A DNA stretch of 64,000 nucleotides from Podarcis muralis (Eukaryota): positions 30,814,001 through 30,878,000 of the forward strand of contig NC_135669.1 in the NCBI RefSeq assembly GCF_964188315.1. Direction: 5' to 3'. The translations under genes were made by a program, and so were the position numbers. Each line of letters opens with the position of its first letter. Position 1 is the stretch's first letter. Under the pieces are notes generated by a model that searched no databases, was not told the origin of the DNA, and saw nothing but the letters and a program-made list of their open reading frames with translations. Shown here piece after piece: positions 47,226-59,200 of the stretch.

Positions 47226-50200
47226 CATTCTGAGCACCCACGGATCAGCAACAAGCAGCTGCTCAGTACAGTTCTCCTCTCAGACACATGTCATTCTTCT
47301 TTGGAAAGAGATGTTTTCTGCCTACAAGCGACTGGCCTCACAAGAGCCGGACTCACCATGTGGAGGCCGGCGATGGCATCTGCTCCGTACTCGCTCTGGA
47401 TAATGGGCTTCTGGTGAGTTTGGTACCAGTTCTCAAACTGAGAGTTCAGCTGCAGGCGGATGACCTCCAGGTGTCCAGGGTCGTGGTACCAGGAGAAGTA
47501 GCTATTTACGCAGATGACGTCCACGTAAGGGGCCTGCAGAAATTTCAATTTTGTTTTTAGCTGATTTTGAGGCATGTCCGCTAGACGGCAAGTGTTCTCT
47601 CTCTCTCTCTGCCCCCTTTCCCCCATCCCCAAACATATTGGGGGAAAGAGAAGGGTGCAAGCAACTCATTCTTGCATAAGCTTCATAGAATTGTAGAGTT
47701 GGAAGGGACCACGACAACAGACAAGACCTGTATCCAGGTGGAATCAAGGTCTCACCTAATTATCCCTGGACTAGATGATGCTTTGAGTCCCTCCTGACTC
47801 TGTAATTCTATGAGGACTTGGGGTCGGAGATTCCCCACCGCTTGGCCTGGATATTCCATGCTGAGCAACTTATGAAATATTGGCATAAAGAAAGTGTTCT
47901 TTTTTGGAAGGACAGAAAGCCAGCCTTAAAGGTAAAGGTAAAGGGACCCCTGACGATTAGGTCCAGTCATGGCCGACTCTGGGGTTACGGTGCTCATCTC
48001 ACTTTGTTGGCCAAGGGAGCCGGTGTACAGCTTCCGGGTCATGTGGCCAGCATGACTAAACCGCTTCTGGCGAACCAGAGCAGAGCACGGAAACGCCGTT
48101 TACCTTCCCGCTGGAGCGGTACCCATTTATCTACTTGCACTTTGACGTGCTTTTGAACTGCTAGGTTGGCAGGGACTGAGCAACAGGAGCTCACCCCGTC
48201 GCGGGGATTTGAACCGCCAACCTTCTGATCGGCAAGTCCTGGGCTCTGTATTTTAACCCACAGTGCCATCTGCGTCCCAGCCTTAAATAACATTAAATAA
48301 GCAACAGAGACAAAAGGGATGGTGCTTACTCCAAGATCTAGAGCGTAATTGGTGTTCGTGATGAACGTGACTGGGCGCGTGGGGTCTGTAGCTTTGGTGT
48401 GAGCGATCACCGTCCTGCGTGCAAAGGGTGAAAAACAGACAAAACCACAACTGTTTCTCGCTGTGCAGAATTAATTCATCCACATGTGATTCCACTCTCC
48501 TGCACCTCTGAGGCTCTGCATGGCAACCTGGATGGAAGGTTAGTTTGTGTGACAAACTTTTAGTTAGACTTGAGAACATAGGAAGAGCCTGCTGGATCAG
48601 GCCAGGGTCCCATCTAGTCCACCATCTTGTTCTCACGGTGGCCAACCAGATGCCCTGAATGTGAAACTGCCAAGCGAGATTAGAGCACAAGAACCCTCTC
48701 CCCTCCAGTGGTTTCTAGCAACGGGAATTCAGACGCATTACTGCCAGCGACTGTGGAGGCAGAGCATGGCCTTTGCAGCTAGCAGCCATGGATAGCCATG
48801 AATTTGTCTCATCCTCTTTTAAAGCCCTCCAAGTTGGTGACCATCCCTGCCTCCTGTGGGAGGGAGTTCCATAGTTTAACTCTGCGCTGCAAGGACTTTC
48901 TTCTATCTGTCCTGAATCCTCTTAACATTCAGCTTCCTTGGATGTCCATATGTTCTACTGTTCTGAGGGAGGGAGAAAAACTTTTCTCTATCCACTTTCT
49001 CCATGCCGTGTGTAATTTTATAAACTCCTCTCATGTTGCCTCTGACTTACCTTTTCTCTAAACTAAAAAGTCCCAAACACTGCAACCGTTCCTCATAGAG
49101 GGTGTCCCTCCATCCTCTCTGTTATTTTGGACTTGTTAAACACTTGGTGCCTGTGGGTCTCCAAGCATCTAACAATACTGTTAAACACACAGACATATGT
49201 ATAACATCTATTTATTTAACGTTTGAGGTACCGTTTGATTGTAAAAAACAACAACAAAACAATTCCCTAAGTTGTTTACTAAAAGAAACATTCTAATTAG
49301 CAGATAAGCAGTTAAAAACTTTGAAAAGGTGATCAAGAGTAGCTAAGAAGGAATACAACATGCCTAACTTATACAGGTCTGAGGAGGCGTTTTCTCTAGA
49401 TAAATAATGTTTTAATTGGGGAGCAAAAAGAGCACAGCAAAGGTGCCTGCCTGATGTCAAACATCGCCTCAGGTCTATTAAAACCTGGCTGAGGGAAGCG
49501 AGAAGTCTTTACCTGGCTCCAAAAGTAAGTCAACAAAGGTGCCTTTGCTGGGTAAATATATGTGATACTTGAGTTCACTTTGGGCAGGCTGAGTGCCAGG
49601 GTACAGACTTCACAGCACAGTTTTGTGTGTGGCAGATACTCACTTGAAGTAGTAGCCGGCTGGGGCCAGCGAAGAGGCCGGCTCATTGGCCACAGACCAC
49701 ATCACGACTGAGGGACGGTTCTTGTCCCGGCGAATCAGCTCCTCCATCACGATGAGGTGGTGCTGGAGGCTTTTGTTACCAAAGTTGATGCTTAAATGGA
49801 GAGAAGCAAAAAGGGGGGGACAAGGGGTCCATCATAAAGCACACTTTTTGCCTCTTTTATAATAATCATAATCATCTTTTATTTGTATCCCACCCTTCCT
49901 GGCCGAAACCAGGCTCAGGGCAGCTAACATCAAATATATAACATTGGTATAAATATATAACATCAAATATATAACATTGGTATAAAATCAATGGTAATTA
50001 AATTACCTCCTAAAAACAAGTCAGGATCAAATTTAAATCCAATTAGATGGTTTTCCGCAGGATTAGGGTTGGGAACAGTAAATGCTCATCAGGCCCAAAT
50101 GTTTACGCTGTTCTTATACAGTGGTGCCTCGCAAGACGAAATTAATTCGTTCCGCAAGTCTCTTCGTCTTGCGAGTTTTTCGTCTTGCGATGCACGGTTT

Positions 50201-53200
50201 CCCATAGGAATGCATTGAAAATCAATTAATGCGTTCCTATGGAAACCGCCTTCAGACCAGATCCGGGGACAGTCTGTCCCCCGAACTCTTCTGAAGGCTG
50301 GGGGGGGGGGGCAAGGGCTTTTCTTCCCACCCCCAGCATTTCAAAAAACCCCGGGACAGCGGAGGACTTCTCCGCTGTCCGGGGCGATCTTAAAATGCTG
50401 GCGGGCGGCATTTTAAAATCGCCCCGGGACAGCGGAGGACTTCTCCGCTGTCCGGGGCGATTTAAAAGCCCCTGGGAAGGCAGGCAGGGGGGACAAAACT
50501 TTTGCCCCCCGCCGGCCTTCAGAAGGCAGGCAGGGGGGAACAAAGACTTTTGCCCCCCGCCGGCCTTCAGAAGGTGTTCCCGCCCCGCCGCCCGGCTTCG
50601 GAGGAGCCTTCCGAAGCCGGGCGGCGGCGGGAGGTGTTCCTGCCCCGCCGCCCGGCTTCGGAGGAGGTCCGAGGACAGTGGGGAAGACGCGCTGCGCTTC
50701 CCCGCTGTCCCGGAGATTTCCCTATGGGCTTTAGTCTTGCGAAGGAAGCCCACAGGGAAATTTGTTTTGCGAAGCGCCTCCAAAACGGAAAACCCTTTTG
50801 TCTAGCGGGTTTTCCGTCTTGCGAGGCGTTCGTCTTGCGGGGCACCACTGTATGGGCCTGTGAGAATGCTGGGAGGCCTCTTTCATACTAGTTCTTATAC
50901 AGAAAGAGAAGGGGAGTCAGGCTGAGCCCTGACCAAAGACCTGGCAGAACAGCTCCATCTTGCAGGCCCTGCGGAAAGATGTCAAATCCCACAGGGCCCT
51001 GATCTCTTGTGGCAGAGCATTCCACCAGGCCCTGGTCGAGGCCAGCCTAATCTCCCTGAGGCCCGGGATCTCCAAGATGTTATTATTTGCAGACCGTAAG
51101 GTCCTCCGTGGAGCATACCAGGAGAGAGATCTGAAAGGAGCAACCTAGCAGTAAATCACACCATGCAAGTTGGAGTTAACTCTTCATTAGCGGAAGCAGG
51201 ATCTGCACAGGAGTGTCAGGCCTAATGAGCGCAGCAACTCATCTCTAGTAGGTATTGTCTCATGGATTGAAAGCCTCCCCACAGCTGCCTAAGTCCCTTC
51301 CTCTCCAGGGTTTTCCCCAAGCAGTCGGAGACTGCGCCTGCACATTGCCCATCTCTCCACCGCCCTCTTTGTACCTCTCTTGGTTCTAGACCAGGAGGGA
51401 GAGGAGCTGGTCACAGCAGGAGGGGGAGACACCTGTGACTCCTCTCTGCCTCTTGGCCTCCCTCCTCTCATGCTTCAGCTTCTGCCTCCAAGTCTGGACT
51501 TCTCTCTGCCACATACTCTCCCAGCTCACTAAGCCCTGTTGCCTCTTCAGCTTCCGACACCACCTCTTTCCCTCCGACCACTCATCACCATCCCACCGCC
51601 AGTCCCTGAGCTCTGAGCCTTCTTCCCTTGGGGGTTCCCCAGCTGCTTCCCCCTACCATTCCTCTGCATCCAACCAGTCCATGGCATTCTCACATGTTCC
51701 TTCCTCACCTCATGCACAGCCAAATTATTCTGGTCTTCCTCCTCAGCCTCCTGCCTACTAAGGCCCTTACCGTAGTTCCCTAAGTACATCTGCTCCCACT
51801 CAACGTCTCGGCTCAGAGCACCCAAGCCAATGGGAGCCTCGGATCCATCGGCCAGCCATGCCCCTTTGTGACGTGAGGCCAGCTCAGCCAATCATTCCCA
51901 AACACTTCACCACCGCTGCCAAATTACCTCAGTTCATCGCTCTGTAAATCGCTGGGGAGCTCAGGGAAATCGCTGCTCGCTCACCTGTCCTTCATGCCCA
52001 CGGCTGGAGACTCATCGATCACCACGATGCCATAGGCGTCACAAAGCTCCATGATCTCCTCGGCGTAGGGGTAGTGGCTGGTACGGAAGGAATTGGCACC
52101 CAGCCACTGCAGGAGGTTGAAGTCCTTCATGATGAGGGGCCAGTCCAGCCCTTTGCCACGGATCTGCCGCAGGGAACAAACCCGGGGAAACGGGAGAGGC
52201 TACAAGTTAGAAGAGCAATGGTCCTTCGCCAACATCAGGCTCCCAGCTGAGCTGCCACTGAGTTACGGTCCTCCTCCAAGATTAAAGCAAGTTTCTAGTC
52301 CTATGGGTCTGAAGGGTTGATTTGATGTGGGAAACTGTCTCATGCAGAGCCAGACCGTTGGGCCACCTAGCTCGGAACCATCTAGACCAGGGGTTGTCAA
52401 CCTGGTCCCTACCGCCCACTAGTGGGTGTTTCAGGATTCTAGGTGGGCAGTAGGGGGTTCTAGGGCACAAGCTGAAATCTCTTTCCATCAAGCACTGGTG
52501 GGCGGTAAGGAAATTTTACCATCAAGAAAGATGCATTAGTGGGCGGTAGGTGTGAAAAGGCTGACTACCCCATCTAGACCAAAGGTTCCCAAACTGGGCG
52601 GTACCACTCCATGGCAGGGTGGGAATAGCCAGGGGGGAACTAAGAGGCAAGGGGTAGCAGAGGAGCCCTAGAGATGGGCCCCTCTGAGTGTATTGATCTC
52701 TTATTACGACTGACCACACTAGAGACTACAGCAAAGCACTTTCCTCACTTTGTATTTAAAGTTTTGCCATTCTTATCGCTTCCCAAGCTATTTCCTTGGG
52801 CCATGTTTGTTTGTATTTACAATGCTGAGTTCTCACAAGATAGCCAAGCTGTTGATTTTCTTATAAATTAGTTACAGCACATCTGTGACAGGTCCATGTT
52901 TGGTAAGTGATTACAAATAAATATTTTGTGCTATAAACTTCCTAGTTAAGAATGTGTAAAAATATTTTTCCTACAGTATCAGGTATCATGGGATCATCGG
53001 TTTTGTTGAATTAAACTAAATAGCTTTTAACTGGGTTTTGAATGAATGCGCAATTAACCATTACCATTTTGAATTTTATAGTGTTATTAGCTTCCTTAGT
53101 GGGTCATGGAAACCACAGTTCTGAATGATGCTTTTTATAGGGTGGGGGACACTGGGGGTGAGCTTATGGAACCGGGGGGGGGGGGGCAAAAAGTTTGGGA

Positions 53201-56200
53201 ACCACTGATCTAAACCCAGGTTAAGATGTTTCTGGGTGAGGCCCATCCTGCTTCTTAACCCAGCCCCCCAGCCCATCACCGGTGCTCAGCAATAAGAGAT
53301 CTGAAAACAAGGCGCCACTCAACTCACATCAGAGTCTTCGTGCTTGTTCACCCCGTGGAAGTAGAATGGTTTCCCGTTGATTAGGAACTTGTTGCGGGTG
53401 ACCTGCACAGTCCGAATGCCTACCGGCTGCGTGTAAGTGTCTTCGGAGACCGTGCCGTCCACCTCGGCAGAAAGCGTGATCTGTGGTCCGAAAAAGCCAC
53501 CCTTTTTGCGTCATATGTCCAACAATCACCAGCCCCCTGAATCTGAGATGTAGCATCAGGGGAAGGAGAAATTTCTGTGCTGTGCCAAGGTAACCCGTAA
53601 TCTGCACCCTGCATCATTTGCGGGGAATTTGCTAGACTTGAACCCAAGGCCACATTCTCCAACCCAGGAGTAGGCAAAAATGTGCTGCAAGGATCAGATG
53701 CGGCAGCGGGTGAGCAGCCAGGACCACACCCCTTCTGCCCTCTGTGTGTTGTCCTTCCCAGCACAATTGCCCCACAAAACTGACAGAGTTTTTCACTGGA
53801 GGGCTCCCACAAGGGCTGTGGATGGAAAGGATCATAGGAAGTCAGATTGTTAGTCCACCGAGCTGAGCATTGTCTACTCTGGCTGGCAGCGGTTCTCCAG
53901 AGTTTCGGGCAGCCCTACCTGGAGCTGCCACTGGGGATCAAACCTGCTCTACTGCTGAGCTACAGGACTTCCCTAGAATTTGAGTAAAGCGGGCAGGGAG
54001 GGATGCAGAGATTTATAAAAGTGGTTTTAAGCAACGCCAGAGGTAAAGCGGGGATGGAAGGACACTTTCCTCAGTTCCCTTCTCACTGGACTCAAACCAT
54101 GCTTTAAACTGCCATTGCTTCCTCTCCCCAGTGTCTCACCTTGCAAACTCAAATCTCTGCCATGGTTTAAGACCATCGCTTTCCCCCTCTCAGTTTCCTT
54201 CCATTCCTGCTTTATTCAAACCTCTACTGAGGTTTAAAGCCACTTTCCTGTGTGTCCCTCCATCCCTTCTTTTCCTGTTGGCAGAGCAAGGCAGGAGCCC
54301 TTCCTTGGATTGCTCTTAACCACTGGAAATCCTGTTCAGCTATGCACACCTGCCTTCTGGATTTTCAAGTCAGCATCCTCCCCTACTCAACTAAGCCCTG
54401 AGCAGGGGCCAGAACATTAGTTTTCCACTAGGGGCCAATGCAGATCTGAGGATCCTGGACAGGAGCCACATGCAAGATCCGTGCCTTTGTTTCTCTCCCT
54501 CCCTCCCCCCAGGATTGAGTCCAAATAAGGCTTAAGTTACCTTTAGGTAGTAAAGGTATCCAGGACGTTCATGCATCAGGTATGGCCACCAGAGTAGAGG
54601 GTTCACCACTTTCATCTCGCCAGCGGACCCGTTTCCAGTTGCCACAGTGACGCCATCTTGGTCACGCAGTGTCAGGGTCAAGGAGTAACGGGGGCTGCCC
54701 CGGACTGAAACCAAATATTGCACCAAGCCTGTCCCAGCAGAAGCAAAATAGGTGAGCTGGCGAAGACAGCGGGCTACAAATCAGAACCGCTCCGTTTCGG
54801 ATCACACTGCTACCACCAACTGAATCCCTTAAGCATCCTAAGGTAGGCCATTTTCTCAGCCGCTGCTCCCACAACAGTTTGGGGAAAGCAACCCCAGCCT
54901 ACCTCACAAAGTTGTTGTGAAGACTGTGGGATAAACAGCTTTGAAGAGAGAGAATTGGGGCCATCGCTTGGTTAAATGAACTTTAGCCTGTGGGGTTTGG
55001 ATTTGGATTTGATATCCCGCTTTATCACTACCCGAAGGAGTCTCAAAGCAGCTAACAATCTCCTTTCCCTTCCTCCCCCACAACAAACACTCTGTGAGGT
55101 GAGTGGGGCTGAGAGACTTCAGAGAAGTGTGACTGGCCCAAGGTCACCCAGCAGCTGCATGTGGAGGAGCGGAGACGATAACCCGGTTCCCCAGATTACG
55201 AGTCTACCGCTCTTAACCACTACGCCACACTGGCTCTCTCCATTTGTGCCATTTGGTGGCTAAAACAATCGTTCGGAGACTTCCTGAGGTTGTAAATGGT
55301 GTGAATATGTCACAGCGAGAATATTCAAAGGTGGTCACTTTGATAAGTGAAATCATTAACAGGTTTCCAGCCACAAACAGCTTGTTCCCACAAAAAGCTT
55401 TTCCTCCATAGATACTGCAGGATAGTCGTCCCCGCCACCCACCCCCTTTCCAAATGCTGTTTAGCTCTGGCACTTCAGATACCTACCGACGTTTCCCTTC
55501 ACGTCTGTGGTCACGGTGATGTCATCAATGTAGGCCAAGGGGGTGGTGTACAGCAGGACAGGTCGGTGGATCCCAGCGTAGTTGAAGAAGTCAAATTGTG
55601 TGTCTTGAACAAAATAGCCTTTGGGGTACCTGGATCAAGGGGGAAGGGTTCAGGAAGAGAGTGAGGGGGGTAGGAAATCCTCACACTTGGAAACTGAGGG
55701 TTGAAAGGCATGATGGAAACAACCAGGTCGGATTCACTGAACACCTGAAGTTCCACGTATTTACGCTGAAATGTTAAGTTCTTATCAGGAAGTTGTTTCC
55801 TGCAGTCTTGCATAAAATATGGATGTTACAGATTTATTTTAAGTGGATCAGGGAATAGAATTATAGATGTGCATCTACCGGTTCTCTGCAAATTTTGCTG
55901 TTGATCCATCATCGAAAACTTTGAATATTCAGCGAGTCACAATATTTGATTTTGCTATTATGTACCCAATAATACCCAGTTTCAACAGCTGATGTATGGA
56001 AGGTTTTGATAATTTGTTTGTAACGTTTGTAACATTAAGAGTTGAAAGACAGCTGACATGTAACAACACATGAAAGTTTGACAGCTGAAGAGACTTCACA
56101 ACTGATGGAGAGCAAACCAATAAGAAATGCCAACATGCCTAATCCGCTTGGTAAAGTTACAGCACCTGGGATTGAATTCCACAAAATTACAAAATCTGAC

Positions 56201-59200
56201 TGAGGGAAACTGAATTGATTGTTCTTCCTGCAAATAATATGCTTAATCCTTTTTTTAAGGGGGGAGAAGGGAAAACCTAAGAAAACACCCAAGATTATGT
56301 GCGAGAAGAAAGCCTCTTTCCTACACCAGTGGACCACAATGGAATAAAAGCAGGCAAAACGCATTTCAGAGCGACTTCCTTCACCTGTTCTAGACAGAAC
56401 GTCCCAGAATCTTTGGCTAGAGGGTTGCTGGGTTCCTCAGTGAGGCCTTCAACTCACATAGACTCGTTCTCCATATAATGGATGGTCCCCGGAGGCAGCG
56501 TGTGGGGAGTCAGGGTGTTGTTGACAGCAATGGTGATTCGGCAAGGCTCTCCTGGAGCATCGCGGAGGAACTGGTTGATCTCGGCTTCAAAGGGGAGGTG
56601 TCCACCCTCGTGCTCAGTCACCTGGACCCCGTTCACCCACTACAACGGAAGAAAACGGGGTGTCTGGGTGCAAAGACTCCAAACAAACAATGGAGCCTCA
56701 AGGGAGGCAGGCAGGTCACATGACTTGGAGTGGCGGGAAAGCTGTGGCTGGACTACAACTCCCAGCATCCCTTGCTATTGGCCATCAATACCCAGAGGGC
56801 CACAGGCTCCTCATTCACATGTACCGTATTTTTCGCTCTATAACACACACCTGACCATAACACACACATCGTTTTTTAGAGGAGGAAAACAAGGAAAAAA
56901 ATTCTGAATGAAACAGTGGATGTATCATTTTTGTGCTTCATGCTGTGGCCACAGACATGTGATCTGATGGTGAATTTGGGGTAGCTCAATGCAAAGATCC
57001 TGAGGATCCATGTGGATCCATGCTTTTTAACCACATTTTTGCACCATTGCAGCCCCAGGCAACAGTGGGTGTGTGATTTTTGGGGGGCAGGCTGCTATGC
57101 AATCTGATGGTGAATTTGGGGTGGCCCAATCCAAAGATCCTGAGGATCCATGTGGATCCATGCTTTTTAACCATGTTTTTGCACCATTGCAGCCCCAGGC
57201 AACAGTGAGTGTGTGATTTTTGGGGGGCAGGCTGCTATGTGATCTGATGGTGAATTTGGGGTGGCCCAATGCAAAGATCCTGAGGATCCATGCTTTGTAA
57301 CTACATTTTAAGTGGGGAGGGAAGGAAAAACACAGAAGGGACAAGAGAGCGGTGTGCAGAGAAGCTGCTGGCTAAGAATGCAGGAGAGGGATTTAACGGG
57401 AGGGAGGAAAGAAAGGCAAAAGTTTCCCCAAACCGAAGCCAGCTCTCTCTCTCCTGCATGTTTTCTGGCTGCCTGCGAGGAGCACGGAGAGGAATTAGAA
57501 GGAAAGACCTCTGCTTTCCCCTCTGCTTGCCTGGAGGGGAGGGGATTTACCTGCTCTTTGTTCCGTTTGAGCAAACACAGCAATGAAACACAAGCGAGTG
57601 GGCAGTAAGACCCTGAGGCAGAATGCAGGAAAGCAGCCACTTCCTCTTTTCAGGTTTCCCTCTCCGACGCAACGCACGATTTGATTTTTGCTGATTTTTG
57701 TTCCTGCGCTCCCCTAATCGGCTCCAGGGACCCCCCACATTCGCTCCATAACACGCACAAACATTTCCCCTTCCTTTTTAGGAGAAAAAATCTGCGTGTA
57801 ATAGAGAGAAAAATACAGTAATAACTCCTGAACTTGAGAGGCAGTGGTGGTGCAGTGGTTAGAGTGTCAGACTAGGGCCTGGGTTCAAATCCTCACTCGG
57901 CCAAGAAGCTCGCTGGGTGTGTCTGGGGGGGCCAATAGACTCGTAATCTGGGGAACCGGGCTCGCGTCTCCACTCCTCCACATGCAGCTGCTGGGTGACC
58001 TTGGGCTAGTCACACTTCTTTGAAGTCTCTCAGCTCCACTCACCTCACAGAGTGTTTGTTGTGGGGGAGGAAGGGAAAGGAGAATGTTAGCCGCTTTGAG
58101 ACTCCCTAGGGTAGTGATAAAGCGGGATATCAAATCCAAACTCCTCCTCCTCTTCTCTCAGCCTGTCCTACCTCGCAGAGTTGGTTTTGGGAATTAAACG
58201 AGGAAGAGAGAGAACCATACATACCACCTTGGGTTATTGGAGAAGAGTGCAGGACAGAAATGCAGAAAATAAAAAATGCAATGGTTCCAGAAACCAGGCA
58301 GGCTTCCATGGGGAGCTGCACTGCCAGGGAGCCCCATACTCACCACGATCGAGTAGTAGTTTGCACTGCCAACCCGGAGCACCACTCGTGTCCCAGGATC
58401 TCTCAGGAGCCAGCGGGCTGGCGGGAACACCTCCTTCTCGTACCAAACCCAGCCGATGTACTGGCGCAGCTTTGGATCTTGCGTGATCTCGTTGAAGCTG
58501 GCGGGGACTGGCATGTCAATCACTGGCCCAGACTGAAAGGGACGAGGAAGGTATGCTGGGCATACAGGGCAGAGATGTTCTCCCATGCAGGCCTGGAATT
58601 TGGTCCAGACACAGCAGCTCTGGGTTCACCCACTGAAAACATGTCGGAAAGGTTGCACTGGCTGCCAATTTGCTACGGGACAAGATTCAGGGTTTTACGG
58701 CTGGGGCATGCAGTGCTATACCAGGGGAATGATTCTTCTGGGTTTTATTATGGTTTTATGACCTGTATTCCATTTTGTGTTTCATTTCTACATACCACTC
58801 GTATATTCTCCAAAACTAGAGCAGTTTGTACATTCTGACAAACAAGCAAACTCCAGCAAACTTTTATCTAGGTTGCCAACATATTTTTTCTGCTCTTCTG
58901 CTTTCAGAAATCTGCCTGATGCGGAGCAAATTAGCAAGTTATGATTTTTTTTTTGGATAGCTCAGTTGGTGAGAGCATGGTAATGCTAAGGTTGCAAGTT
59001 CAATCCCCATATGGGACAGCTGCACATTCCTGCATTGCAGGGAGTTGGAGTAGATTACTAGAATGATCTTTGGGGTCCCTTCCAACTCTACAGTTCTGTG
59101 ATTCTATGACCTGCTAAATCATGTCTTGGCCTCAGGCTATTCCATTTAAAGTACAGGATCAGTTGGGAAGATTAAATGTGGCAATCACACCCAGAAGCCA

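Noticed and set aside
50226-50891. 185-188-aa ORFs as a possible transposase
   Set aside because: Translations of the palindromic GC-rich MITE interior; no DDE/D or HTH motifs.
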